Counted from the first letter of the stretch, positions 38,701 to 48,303 are shown. The stretch is DNA of 64,000 nucleotides from an uncultured Gammaproteobacteria bacterium (GCA_963976285.1 CAXBJY010000004.1:15107-79106), one strand, 5' to 3'. The notes: generated by a model not told the origin, from the sequence alone. Made by a program: numbers and translations.

Positions 38701-41568
38701 GTCCGGCACGAATTCACACGTTGCGCCGGCGGCGGTCGTCTTCAGCTGGCACGCGGACTCGGCGACCCAGTTCATCACGTTTCGGATCAGGTACGCATTG
38801 CCCGGACCTTTCACGCGCGCGGTCTTCACTTCACGCCGGTTGATGATGATCGCAACCGGGGCGTTCTCGCGGATTTCGCCATGGCGATCGACGACGAGGG
38901 TGTCGAGGCGGGCGGGTTCTCCCGCGGCGTACAGCCATTGCGTCTGCTTCAGCCCGACGAACACATCGCGCCCCGCGTACGTCGCTTGCGTGGTCGCGGC
39001 AACGCGCTTGCCGCGATCGTCGCGCACCGCCGCTTCCACTTGCACGGTGCCGTAGTAGATATCCGACTGCGGCAGTTCGATCCGGGTGTCGAACCGGCCG
39101 TGTTCGTCGAGCTTCGCGTGGGTATCGGCGAGCGCGCGGGTGCCGGCGGCTTCGCTATCGCTGTTACTGCCGAACACGAAGCCTTCCGCGCGCGGATTCT
39201 CCGGGGTAAACGCACGCGCATGCAGGCGCGCATTGATCCGCACGTCGGCGTGGGTAAACGGTCCGCCGGCATACAGCGTGGCGCGCGAGTCGATCCGCAT
39301 CGCATCACCGGCAGCGAAATCCGTGCCATTGAGTTCCGCGCTCACCTTGAACGGCGACGGCGTGAAATCGCTGACGAGTATGGACAAGGCCTGCCACGAA
39401 AAGCGGGTCGCGGTGTCCGCCGCCGGGTTTGCCGGACGTAACTGGAACCGATACCAGCCGACGGCGCCGGATGCGGGTATGGTGAAGCGTCCGTCGAGCG
39501 CGCCGAAGCGGTTCAGGGTGATGCCATCGCGTTCGAACACGGTCTTGCCCTGCGGATCGGTAACGCTCAAGACATAGTCGCCGGGGGCCGGCTGAACCCA
39601 GTGCCGGTTACTCTGCTCACGCACGTAGATCTTGTAGTCGACGGCGTCGCCGAGCTTGTACACACCCTGGGCCGTCGTGCCCCACGCGTGCGTGTGGCCG
39701 CCACGCTTGCGGATATGCGCATATACCCCACCACCGCGCACCGCGTAGTCGTAGTCGATCGGCAGCAGCGCGATGTCGCCGTCACGTTCGACCTGCGCGA
39801 ACAACTGCACGTCATCGCGGTTGTAGATCAGCGCGAGTTCGGGGTCGAGCGTTGCCAGGCCCGGCAGTTGTGCGATGCCATCGGTGTCCGTCTGCGCGCC
39901 GACCCCGAGCGGCTGCAGGGACGCGAGCCGCTCGACCTTGCCCGTCCACAACGTGACATTCGCGTCGTTCACGGGTTCGCCGGTGGCAAACGTCGTGACC
40001 CATGCGAGTGAATTGAAGTGACCCAGCTTGTAGTGCACCTGGTACGGCGTGACCTGCGCGAGGATCCGCGGATCGTGATGCCAGCCCGGCGGCACGGGCC
40101 GCGGTCGCAGACGCGCGAACACGGCGCCACTCGATTGCGCGAGCAGACGCCGTATTTCGAGCGGGCGCGCATACGCGATGTCCGTCGCCGGACTCACGTC
40201 GAGCCGTTCGCGCAAGCCGCTACCCGTCATCGCCGTACCGAGCCGGTCGTATTCGACATCGATGTGTTCGAGATTCGTCACATACAGCGGTACGTCGCTG
40301 TCGACGCCCTGTTCGAGCACCGCATTCGTGAGACCGACGGTGAGCTTTGGTTCGCGATGACTCGTGTGGAATGAAAATGCGACGGGCGCCGGCAGCTTGC
40401 GCCCGAACTCGTCCGAGAACGCCGTCGGATCCAGCGTGACCGCATAGCGCCGATCGGCGAGCAGGTAAACCGGCAACCGGCGCGCGTAAACGCGATCGCG
40501 CCCGTGCGGCGCGCCGAGCTCGCTCCAGTCATGCAGGTTTTGCCACGGGTCGAAATCCTTGCGCTCGCCGTCGAGCGCCGGCGTGAACGTGGCGTGATCC
40601 CGGATCACGGAATTCAGCACCGGCGCCGAGAACAGCAGGGCGACGGATTTCAGTGGCGCGCAGCGCCGCGCGGACGCATCCGCGGACTGCAGCTCCGCGA
40701 GCAGCAGATCGGCAACCCGTGCACTGCCTTTCGGCGTGCAGCGCAGGCCGAGAAAACGGAATTCGGGATACGTGTCGAAACCGACGATGGTGCGCTGTTC
40801 GATCCCGCGTTCAGGTCCCGCGGCGCCCGTCAGTCCGGGGCTGATGTCGAGTGCGATCGTCGCATCCAGCGGCAGTTCGCTGATCGGTTCGACGACCCAG
40901 GCACGGCGCGGGGTCACGTCGTCGTCGCCGGCCGGGTCCCGCGCTGCGGGCGGGTCCGGTGCGTAGGCCCAGCGCGGCGCACGTCTTGGTACGTCGTCGG
41001 GATACGCGACGAGCGCAACCTTGCGGCCCTTCGTTGTGAACGCCAGCGCGCGTTCCACCGAAGCGCGCGTTACCGCCTGGTTGAACGCGACCCGAATCAG
41101 CGGCGTGCCCGGCGACAGCCAGTTGACGAAGTGCGCGTAGGTGGCTTTCGGTCGCGCCGTCGTGAACGTATGTGTCACGGCGGTGGCGAGACGGGCGCCG
41201 TCCGGTGTTTCGAATCCGGGCGCTACGGTCACGTTGTAGCGGGTTGCAAGCCGGAGCCGGTGCGCGTCGCCGAGTTCGCAGGCGAGCGCGCTCGTGTTCA
41301 GCCACCGCCACTCGCAGCCGGGTTGCGGTGAAATCGTGATCGGGATTTCTTCCGCCGTTCGATCCATGCGCCCGATCGGTACGACGGCGCGGTCGAACTG
41401 AAACACGATTTGCCGCCCGCCCGGCACCTCGTCGCCGGCCGGCGTGATCCGGCTGAGCCGCAACGCCTGTTCGGCAGCACTCGCGCCCGGGCACGCGAGC
41501 AGGCCGAGTACGAGCGCGCAGAGCACGCGCGGAAAAATGACTGAGCGACGGTCGAATCGGTGTTTCAT
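35749..41568 (-). CDS. bacterial alpha-2-macroglobulin family lipoprotein (YfhM-like)
   Basis: 1939 aa. Lipobox LLAC in the signal peptide. Thioester-region motif CWEQ. Conserved pairing with pbpC. Confidence 0.9.
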   Translation of the reverse strand: MKHRFDRRSVIFPRVLCALVLGLLACPGASAAEQALRLSRITPAGDEVPGGRQIVFQFDRAVVPIGRMDRTAEEIPITISPQPGCEWRWLNTSALACELGDAHRLRLATRYNVTVAPGFETPDGARLATAVTHTFTTARPKATYAHFVNWLSPGTPLIRVAFNQAVTRASVERALAFTTKGRKVALVAYPDDVPRRAPRWAYAPDPPAARDPAGDDDVTPRRAWVVEPISELPLDATIALDISPGLTGAAGPERGIEQRTIVGFDTYPEFRFLGLRCTPKGSARVADLLLAELQSADASARRCAPLKSVALLFSAPVLNSVIRDHATFTPALDGERKDFDPWQNLHDWSELGAPHGRDRVYARRLPVYLLADRRYAVTLDPTAFSDEFGRKLPAPVAFSFHTSHREPKLTVGLTNAVLEQGVDSDVPLYVTNLEHIDVEYDRLGTAMTGSGLRERLDVSPATDIAYARPLEIRRLLAQSSGAVFARLRPRPVPPGWHHDPRILAQVTPYQVHYKLGHFNSLAWVTTFATGEPVNDANVTLWTGKVERLASLQPLGVGAQTDTDGIAQLPGLATLDPELALIYNRDDVQLFAQVERDGDIALLPIDYDYAVRGGGVYAHIRKRGGHTHAWGTTAQGVYKLGDAVDYKIYVREQSNRHWVQPAPGDYVLSVTDPQGKTVFERDGITLNRFGALDGRFTIPASGAVGWYRFQLRPANPAADTATRFSWQALSILVSDFTPSPFKVSAELNGTDFAAGDAMRIDSRATLYAGGPFTHADVRINARLHARAFTPENPRAEGFVFGSNSDSEAAGTRALADTHAKLDEHGRFDTRIELPQSDIYYGTVQVEAAVRDDRGKRVAATTQATYAGRDVFVGLKQTQWLYAAGEPARLDTLVVDRHGEIRENAPVAIIINRREVKTARVKGPGNAYLIRNVMNWVAESACQLKTTAAGATCEFVPDQAGYYQFVASTLDSAGREHHTTAYGWVTGSGYVAWDQSNDASLPIIAEKSSHAIGDTARFLLQNPYPGARALVTIERYGVIDSWTTELATSTPVIEVPIKADYLPGFYVSVVVVSPRVAAPPEPGRVDLGKPGYRIGYLAVDVNDPGARLAVEVTTNAKTVKPRDHVRARVRVPRAPGENPPVEFAVAVVDEAVLALNRNGATYYDPYAGFNRLDGLDVNNYSLLARLVGRQNFVSKGANPGGGGGADGAALRNLFKFVSYWNPSLMAGPDGTAEIEFEVPDNLTGWRILALGVTPDARMGLGEATFKVNRPTEIRPVMPNQLRAGDRARAGFTVMNRTASPREITVSVDVEGPLADSAAAVTNRVLTVAPYDRVPFSVPLTTVRDGELRFVARAGDALDTDAIEHVVPVTRIRAPATAASYGTTVAASVTEKFAIPDDIHTDVGRIEAVLSPSVIGNLDGAFNYLKDYPHRCWEQQLTKAVAASAYGELHAYLADTVAWTDPDGDITRALAAAADFQAPNGGMAYWQASNAHVSPYLSAYTAIAFNWLRRDGHDVPATVAARLREYLLRLLRRDEFPGFYTAGMASSVRAVALAALAGDGALTAQDIARYARHVDAMDLFGKAHYLRAVLATPDVPQDLRAGTVAKILAHADQSGGKFTFSETLDDGFEHLLASPLRANCAILSGLVDANTSVPALPGLDQIPFKLVRAITQSRGQRTHFENTQENVFCMNALVDYARHFENTAPDMRIAVTLDRETLGRAAFGDLRDPAVTLGRSLNATDAGRRATMSLTKDGPGRLYYSARLAYDRKADAAARTNAGIEIRREYTVERNGQWQRLDKPVRIARGEIVRVDLFVSVAGARHFVVVEDPVPGGLEPVNTDLATSSLVDAAKAGERFGAGSWYFTHDTWTTYGAYFASFYHRELRFDAARFYADYLPPGNYHLAYTAQAIAAGEFAAPAVRAEEMYDPDVYGRGLPATLVVED

Positions 41569-41710
41569 GGTGCAAGAGTATCAGTGACGATAGCGGCAAT
41601 GCCGGGGCGCAAACAGGGCGAATTATGGCCGAGCATGGGGTGTCGCGGGAGGAATTTGTCAGCAACCCCGGGGAGGCGAATAATGCAGCGATTAAAGCGG
41701 AGGATCGGGG

Positions 41711-42349
41711 ATGGAAAACACGAACACTGAATTCGAAATTCTGGGACTGAACCACGTTGCGCTCGTGTGCCGGGACATGCAGCGCACGGTCGATTTCTAC
41801 ACGAATGTGCTCGGCATGAAGCTCGTCAAATCGTTCGACCTGCCGGGCGGGCTCGGCCAGCATTTTTTCTTCAGCATGGGCGGAGCCGAATGCCTCGCGT
41901 TTTTCTGGTTCGCCGAGGCGGCTGAACGGGTGCCGGGAATTTCCAACCCGCGCTCGAACTTCGACCCGGCCGTCATCTTCAACGATCCGACGCTGATCAC
42001 GTCGTCACACGGATCGATGAATCATTTCGCGTTCAACGTGCCGGCCGACAAGGTGGCAAGCTACCGTCAGAAACTGATCGACAAGGGCGTCGCCGTGAGC
42101 CCGATTATGCATCACGACAATTCCGAGATGCAGGCCTCGGACGATGTTCATCGCGGGACGTGGGTGAGTTCGGTTTATTTCCAGGACCCGGACGGTATCG
42201 TGCTCGAGTTCGCCGGGTGGCAACGCGAGTTTGGTGCTCAGTATGGCGACGTTAACGACACGGTCGGGGCAACCCCGGGTGATGTGCCGCGCTACCGTGC
42301 GCAAGCCGCGGCTTTTGCCGCGGCGATGGCGGAAACGGAAGACGCCTGA
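41711..42349 (+). CDS. VOC (glyoxalase/bleomycin-resistance/dioxygenase) family protein
   Basis: LGLNHVALVCRDMQRTVDFYTNVLGM is the VOC N-terminal signature. Confidence 0.75.
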   Translation: MENTNTEFEILGLNHVALVCRDMQRTVDFYTNVLGMKLVKSFDLPGGLGQHFFFSMGGAECLAFFWFAEAAERVPGISNPRSNFDPAVIFNDPTLITSSHGSMNHFAFNVPADKVASYRQKLIDKGVAVSPIMHHDNSEMQASDDVHRGTWVSSVYFQDPDGIVLEFAGWQREFGAQYGDVNDTVGATPGDVPRYRAQAAAFAAAMAETEDA

Positions 42350-42418
42350 ACCGTTTTGCCGTCGCGCCGCGATCAGACCGTGGCGGCAGATCGCGGCGTG
42401 ATTGCCTGCCGCTGCGCG

Positions 42419-43240
42419 CTAGATCGCGCGCCGGCGGCACCCGAGCAGGCCGCCGCAGGCGCCGAGCAGTAACCAGACCGCACCCGGCAACGGTACCACC
42501 GCGGCCGAGACGACGTTCGTCGTGTTCAGCGAGAACGTTGCCGTACTGAGACCATCGAACTCACCCCCGCCGACGGAAGCGCCGCCGAACTTCGCCCACA
42601 CATAGAACTGGTCGCCGTTGTCGACTTCCGTCATCAACGTGATATCAAGCGTTTCCTCGCCGCCGTTCGTCGTGCTCACCGAGTCGTTGTCGAGCGGCTG
42701 GAAGCACTCACCGAAACAACCGGCAGGGCCGTAACCGTTGTCGAAATCGTCCATGGCCGTCATCGCATCGTAGTCGTCGACGCTGATCAGCGCGGCGGAG
42801 CCATACATCGATGTTGCGACCCCGGTCGTCGTGCCATGGAACACGCCGGTGAGTTCGAGCAGAAAATTGTCGGGGCCCGTGTACGTATACAGGTTGATCG
42901 TTTCCACTTCGGCGAACGCGCCGTCGCCTTCGACGGACGCGGCATAAGCCGTCAGCACCGGCAGGTAAAGGTTGCCCGGATCGAGCATCCCGGCGGCGGA
43001 GCTGCTCGAGGCGGCCATCGGATGTTGCGCGCTGACGGACACGGACGTCACCCCGGAGCTGAACGCTTCGTCCTTGTCCGGATTCGTGATGCCGGGGCCG
43101 CACGAGTAGCCGCCGCCCGACGGGGAGCACGGTTCCGTGATGCGGGCGCCGGCAATGGCGCCGAACGGTGCGGCTGCGGCAAGCGCGGAGAACAGGCTGA
43201 GCGCGACGGCCATCGTGATGAGTCTTACTGCGGTTTTCAT
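42419..43240 (-). CDS. PEP-CTERM sorting-domain secreted protein
   Basis: Signal peptide. C-terminal VPLPGAVWLLLGACGGLLGCRRR is a PEP-CTERM variant followed by a TM and an Arg cluster. Confidence 0.75.
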   Translation of the reverse strand: MKTAVRLITMAVALSLFSALAAAAPFGAIAGARITEPCSPSGGGYSCGPGITNPDKDEAFSSGVTSVSVSAQHPMAASSSSAAGMLDPGNLYLPVLTAYAASVEGDGAFAEVETINLYTYTGPDNFLLELTGVFHGTTTGVATSMYGSAALISVDDYDAMTAMDDFDNGYGPAGCFGECFQPLDNDSVSTTNGGEETLDITLMTEVDNGDQFYVWAKFGGASVGGGEFDGLSTATFSLNTTNVVSAAVVPLPGAVWLLLGACGGLLGCRRRAI

Positions 43241-43607
43241 CAAACTTTCTCGTCGAATGATTGTTTGTGTCATTGGCGCCAGTCACCCATTCCGGTCGGT
43301 GATGACCGAGTGCCATGGTACGTGATCCGGCTGCAAGATCCGCACCAGTCGACGCGGACCTGTGAAATCAAAGGCTTGCGGTCGCGGCGTCGCGTTGGTG
43401 TAAGGATTCCCAGAATTCGCCGCCCAATTCGCCGCGCGCGCTGTAAAGATTGTTGACAATTGCGTGCCGTGAGCCGCCGTCCGCGGCGCGGCGGCTCCGG
43501 CATCCGGGCGCTCGTTACCGGTTCGCCATTGAACGCCGAGCTTGTCATGTACGGATTGCCGACCGCCGTCCGCGCGGCCGGTGGACATGAGGCGCTGCCT
43601 CGCGCGT

Positions 43608-44510
43608 TCAGGTGCCGAGCACGAGTGCGGCCTTCTCGGCGAGGAAGTCGAGGAATACGCGCACTTTGCGCGGCAGATGCGTGCGGGTCGGGTACAGCGC
43701 CGAGATCGGCGTGCCGACCGGTTCGATCGCGTAATCGGCGAACAATTGCACGAGCGCGCCGGATTCGAGTTCCTCGCGCACGAGCCAGTCCGTCACGAGG
43801 ACGATGCCGAGGCCATCGAGGGCGAGCTGTTTCAGGGCCTCGCCGTTGTTGATCGCGATCTTCGCCTCGATGCGGACCTCCGTGCGACGGCCGGGTTGCG
43901 AGAATTTCCACGTATTGCGCCCGGTGCGGGCCTGGAACGACAGGCATTCATGCGCTTTCAGTTCTCCCGGATCACGCGGGGTGCCGCGGCGTGCGAGGTA
44001 GTCCGGGCTCGCGCAAATCAGCGAGTCGGTGACGGCGAGGGTTTTCGCGACGAGGCTCGAACTGCTCAGATGTCCCATCGCGATCGCGACATCGAAACCT
44101 TCGGCAACGATGTCGATCGGGGTATCGGTCAGTTCCAGCCCGAGGCTCACTTGCGGGTAGCGTGCGGTGAACTCGCACACAAACGGCACGATCAGGCGCT
44201 GCCCGATAGAGCTGCGCGAAGTCACCCGCAGGCGTCCGCGCGGGGTCGTGTCGAATTCCCGCAGTGCTTCATGCGAGTGATGAACGGCGTCGAGGATGGC
44301 GTGTGCGTGTTCGCGATAGACCTCGCCCTCGGCCGTCAGGCTGACCCGCCGGGTCGAGCGCGCGAGCAGCCGGGTACCGAGCGTGTCTTCGAGCGCCGCG
44401 ATGCGACGGGTCGCCGCGGCCGCGGAAATCCCGAGCCGGCGCGCGGCGCCGGCGAAGCTCTCTTCTTCGGCGACGGCGAGAAACAGTTCGATCGCGGCGA
44501 GGTCATCCAT
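43608..44510 (-). CDS. LysR family transcriptional regulator
   Basis: N-terminal wHTH (MDDLAAIELFLAVAEEESFAGAARRLGISAAAATRRIAALE) and a LysR substrate-binding domain. Confidence 0.9.
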   Translation of the reverse strand: MDDLAAIELFLAVAEEESFAGAARRLGISAAAATRRIAALEDTLGTRLLARSTRRVSLTAEGEVYREHAHAILDAVHHSHEALREFDTTPRGRLRVTSRSSIGQRLIVPFVCEFTARYPQVSLGLELTDTPIDIVAEGFDVAIAMGHLSSSSLVAKTLAVTDSLICASPDYLARRGTPRDPGELKAHECLSFQARTGRNTWKFSQPGRRTEVRIEAKIAINNGEALKQLALDGLGIVLVTDWLVREELESGALVQLFADYAIEPVGTPISALYPTRTHLPRKVRVFLDFLAEKAALVLGT

Positions 44511-44517
44511 AATTCCG

Positions 44518-44534
44518 TTTATCGCAATAATAAA
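44518..44534. promoter_or_regulatory. LysR-type T-N11-A box (tttatcgcaataataaa) in the divergent promoter
   Basis: Palindromic TTAT-N7-ATAA, 8 bp upstream of the LysR start. AT-rich region. Confidence 0.45.
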
Positions 44535-44650
44535 TTGCCAGACTGCTATATTATAATCGTCGACATGTGTAATTAAACTCCTTTCCGTCGCGTCGGGTAC
44601 CGACCACCCGGCCGCCGTGAACCGAATGCAAACTGAAAGGAGTGACCACG

Positions 44651-44824
44651 ATGAACCTGCAATCCCTGAACGAACGTCCCCGTCTTGCCATGGCGCTGCA
44701 ACTCGCGCTGCTCGTGCTCGTTTTCCACGGCGTCGTCGTGACGACCCCGAGCAGTGCGCCCGCGTCTGTGGCGACGACCGCCACGCACGCGGTCGAGCTA
44801 CCGCCGAGCGCGCCGTCGCTGTAG
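44651..44824 (+). CDS. 57-aa small hydrophobic protein (possible leader or regulatory peptide)
   Basis: aaggag SD 8 nt before the ATG. Hydrophobic core LAMALQLALLVLVFHGVVV. Own hairpin terminator downstream. Confidence 0.45.
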   Translation: MNLQSLNERPRLAMALQLALLVLVFHGVVVTTPSSAPASVATTATHAVELPPSAPSL

Positions 44825-44845
44825 TCATGGCGGGGCTGTCGAGGC

Positions 44846-44886
44846 CGCCGGAAACCGTTGACTGGCGCGGTTTCCGGCGATTTTCC
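44846..44886 (+). terminator. hairpin gccggaaaccg-ttgactggcg-cggtttccggc followed by gattttcc
   Basis: 11-bp perfect stem. The T-run is short, so this could be a terminator or an attenuator. Confidence 0.4.
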
Positions 44887-44959
44887 GGTGTCCTCTCAAG
44901 TTCTCCGCCGGCACGGTCGATGACAGGGATAGCCCACCAATTACTGTCAGGAACTGCCC

Positions 44960-45865
44960 GTGAACAGCGTTGCCGCGACCAGCCTCGAACCAGAAGAACT
45001 GAAACCCAGTAACGAACCGCTCGCACGCAGCATCGTCGGCGACATGTCGGCGCTCGTGTCACCCCCCGATGTGTATCTGAAGATCAGCGACATGATCGCC
45101 GACAATACGGCCTCGGCCGCGCAGTTCAGCGATGTGATCATGCGTGACCCGAGCCTCGCCGCGCGCATCCTGAAACTCGTGAACAGTTCCTACTACGGCT
45201 TGCAGACGAAAGTCGATACGGTCACGCGCGCCGTTGCCGTGATCGGCATGCACGAGTTGTCGAGCCTGGTCTATTCGATGTGCGCCGTGCAGTCGTTTTC
45301 ACGCATCTCGTCCGGGGTGACGAACATGAACACGTTCTGGCGTCACGGTGTGTACTGCGGACTCCTCGCGAAAGCGATCGCCACGAAAGTGAATTGCCTG
45401 AACACCGAACGCCTGTTCGTCGCGGGACTGCTGCACGACGTCGGCACACTCACGATCAACTCGCGATTCCCCGAAATCGCCGAAAATTCGATCTTCAGGG
45501 CAGAAGGTGACGAGGCGAAACTCGTGGTCACGGAGCACGAGGCACTCGGGTTCGATCATGCCTACCTCGGCGGGCTCATGCTCGAGAGCTGGCACCTGCC
45601 GGCGGCGACGTGTGACGCGATCCGTTATCACCACCAACCGAAGGCGGCGAAAGTGACGACGCTCGAAGCGAGCATCCTGAACGCGGCCGATACGCTCGCG
45701 AACTACTCCGGCACCGGCAGTTTCGCCGAAAAGATCGCGGACCGCGACGACATCCCCGAGGACATCTGCGCGGAACTCGAACTCCCCGCCGATTTCAATC
45801 ACGACGAGTTGCTCGAGCAGGTCGATCAGCAGTTCGTTGAAACGATCTACCTGCTCGTCGCCTGA
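44960..45865 (+). CDS. HDOD domain signalling protein
   Basis: HD-related motifs (GLLHDVGTL, ...HHQPK). GTG start. Confidence 0.75.
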   Translation: MNSVAATSLEPEELKPSNEPLARSIVGDMSALVSPPDVYLKISDMIADNTASAAQFSDVIMRDPSLAARILKLVNSSYYGLQTKVDTVTRAVAVIGMHELSSLVYSMCAVQSFSRISSGVTNMNTFWRHGVYCGLLAKAIATKVNCLNTERLFVAGLLHDVGTLTINSRFPEIAENSIFRAEGDEAKLVVTEHEALGFDHAYLGGLMLESWHLPAATCDAIRYHHQPKAAKVTTLEASILNAADTLANYSGTGSFAEKIADRDDIPEDICAELELPADFNHDELLEQVDQQFVETIYLLVA

Positions 45866-46341
45866 CGCACGCATCCGTCGACGTGATGGCGCGCCTCCGG
45901 CCGCGCGCGTAACGCACCGGCTTCACGCGCGAGCAGCTTGCCGAGCCGCGCGTCGTCGAAGCCGAGTTGCTGCAGGCCGGCGATGGAACCGGCCACTTCC
46001 GTGTATTCGCTGAGCAGACCATCGCTGAGTCGGCAGATCGATACGCCCTCGAATACGGCGCGTTTGCCCGCGGCTTGCGCAAGTTTCGAATCGTAGCTGA
46101 AGACATACCGCACATAGCCCGTATTGCCGTCGTCGACCGGGTCGTACAGGTCCCAGATGAAATTCTCCGCATCGCGGTGGAAGTAGTTCTCGATCATGTC
46201 GCCGATCGCCGCGCCGGTGAACGAGCCGTAAAAGCAGTCGTGATAGACCCCGTCGGCGGTAAAGCAGGCGGCGGTCGCGGCGCCGTCGCCACGGCACGCG
46301 GCCTGGGTCATCGCTGAGATCAGTGCGGCAAAGTCAGCCAT
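45847..46341 (-). CDS. SnoaL-like / NTF2-like (ketosteroid isomerase-like) protein
   Basis: MADFAALISAMTQAACRGDGAATAACFTADGVYHD is typical of SnoaL_2. Convergent 19-nt overlap with the HDOD gene. Confidence 0.6.
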   Translation of the reverse strand: MADFAALISAMTQAACRGDGAATAACFTADGVYHDCFYGSFTGAAIGDMIENYFHRDAENFIWDLYDPVDDGNTGYVRYVFSYDSKLAQAAGKRAVFEGVSICRLSDGLLSEYTEVAGSIAGLQQLGFDDARLGKLLAREAGALRARPEARHHVDGCVRQATSR

Positions 46342-46488
46342 CGCGGGTATTTCTCCTTGTGTTTGCCCCGGTGTGCGCACGCCGTCCGCGCGTGCGGCAT
46401 CGGGCCCCGCTGCGACGGGGCCGAAAGCGTGCGTCCGGACGACTATACTTGCACAGACCATGGCACGTCGCGCAAGCATACCGAACCG

Positions 46489-47397
46489 ATGAAAGTCGCG
46501 GGTGAATACCGGGAAGACAAGCGCAGTTATGACGCCTCGACCGACGGTGAACACTTCAGCCTGAGCATCCGCACGGCGCTCGCGCCGGCCGCGCGCATCC
46601 CGTATCGCTTCGATAACGTGATCGTGTGTCTCACGAATGTCGGCGAAATTCGTTTTACGACCGATACCCCGGGGGTGAGCGTGCGCCATACGGCCGGCGA
46701 CATCCTGCTGCTGCCGGCCGGGCGGCCACTGTACACGGACTACATCGCACCGACGGCCACCCGGCCCCTCGAATGCCTGACGCTCGAACTCGATCGTTGT
46801 CTCATTGACGCGTGTCTGCGCGACCTGCCGCCGGAATGGCCCGATCACGAGTCCGTCGCCGAGCTGTACAGCATCGACGATGTCAGCGAGTTCGTCAGTC
46901 TCGGTGCCGGCGCCGCGATTCGGCGGTTGCACGTGCTGCTCGGTGATGGCGAGGTACTCGTCGCGCGCGAGCGCCTGATCGACGCGGTGAACCAGGAACT
47001 TATCGTGCTGCTGTTGCAGTCGCGTGCGCGCGCCGCGTTGCTGACCGAGCAACGTGGTCGCGGTACCCGGGTTGCGCGACTCGTCGACTACATCCGCACG
47101 CATGTGCGTGATGATCTGTCCGTTACCACGCTCGCGCGGATCTGCCACCTGAGTCCTTCATCCCTGCATGCGCACTGTCGCGCGAGCTTCGGCACGACCC
47201 CGGCGGCACTCGTCCGTGAAACCCGGGTCAGGGTTGCCTGCGAGTTGCTGCGTGCGAATCCGGACGCCGCCGTGAAGACGATCGCGCGCGAAGCCGGGTT
47301 CGTCAGCGCGGCGCAGTTTACCCAGACGTTCAAGGCCGCGACCGGCCTGACCCCGAGCGCATTCCGCGCCGAACAGCTGCCTGCGACGTCTCCCTGA
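46489..47397 (+). CDS. AraC family transcriptional regulator
   Basis: C-terminal double HTH (TTLARICHLSPSSLHAHCRASFGTTPAALVRETRV...). N-terminal cupin-like sensor. Confidence 0.85.
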   Translation: MKVAGEYREDKRSYDASTDGEHFSLSIRTALAPAARIPYRFDNVIVCLTNVGEIRFTTDTPGVSVRHTAGDILLLPAGRPLYTDYIAPTATRPLECLTLELDRCLIDACLRDLPPEWPDHESVAELYSIDDVSEFVSLGAGAAIRRLHVLLGDGEVLVARERLIDAVNQELIVLLLQSRARAALLTEQRGRGTRVARLVDYIRTHVRDDLSVTTLARICHLSPSSLHAHCRASFGTTPAALVRETRVRVACELLRANPDAAVKTIAREAGFVSAAQFTQTFKAATGLTPSAFRAEQLPATSP

Positions 47398-47541
47398 AGC
47401 GATCGAATTCCTCCGGAACCTGATCGAATTTCTCCACGAAACCGCGGGGATCCGCGACTCGGTGAGCGGTCCGGCGCATACTTCGCCTCGATCGCCCCGG
47501 CGATCGCTGATTTCCGGCCGCAACGACCGCGAGGTATTACG

Positions 47542-48303
47542 ATGGCAACGACAAGTCGCTCCCTGGCATTTGCGCCCGCACCGCTCGAACGCGGGTTCGT
47601 GTGGCTGCTGCAAGGCGTGTTCGCGATCGGCTGCGTGATCTACGCGGTGATGGCGTTTGATTACTTCATCAGCTTTGCCGCGGGCCGTGATGGTTTGTGG
47701 CTGCGGTTCTTCACCGCGATCGTCTCGCGCGAGCACGCGCACGGCGCCGGTTCCGTGCATGTCGAGCAGGCCGCGGCTTACCGCGATGGTTTCCGTTTCA
47801 TGCTCATGCACACGACGATGGGGGCTTTCGCGCTCGCGGTCGGGCCGTTTCAGTTCATCGCCGCGATCCGGCGGCGCTACCCCGCGGCGCACCGCACGAT
47901 GGGCAGGATCTACCTCGTCGGCGCCGTGTTGAGCATGTTCGCCGGGATCGGATACCTGCTCACGACCCCGCCGGCTGACGTGTTCTCCGGCGCGCCGTTC
48001 GCGATCTCGTTGATCGGCCTCGACCTCGCGGTCCTGTTCACGGCGTGGCTCGCGTACGCGGCGATCCGGCAGCGCGCCGTCCTGCGCCACCAGGCGTGGA
48101 TGGCGTTTAATTTCGGTCTGTTGCTCGCGACCCCGTTACTGCGTTTGCTGTGGATCGTGTTCGGGCATGTGTTTCCCGGTATGGACCAGGCGGCGGATAA
48201 CCTCGGAATCACGACATTCCTGCTGCCGCTGAGTCTGTTCGGCGCGCTCGTGTGGATCACCGTGCAGCGTCCGGCCGAGCAAACCCGCGCGGTGTCCGGA
48301 TGA
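47542..48303 (+). CDS. DUF2306 family membrane protein
   Basis: Six predicted TMs. The pattern of conserved His and Arg residues matches DUF2306. Confidence 0.55.
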   Translation: MATTSRSLAFAPAPLERGFVWLLQGVFAIGCVIYAVMAFDYFISFAAGRDGLWLRFFTAIVSREHAHGAGSVHVEQAAAYRDGFRFMLMHTTMGAFALAVGPFQFIAAIRRRYPAAHRTMGRIYLVGAVLSMFAGIGYLLTTPPADVFSGAPFAISLIGLDLAVLFTAWLAYAAIRQRAVLRHQAWMAFNFGLLLATPLLRLLWIVFGHVFPGMDQAADNLGITTFLLPLSLFGALVWITVQRPAEQTRAVSG

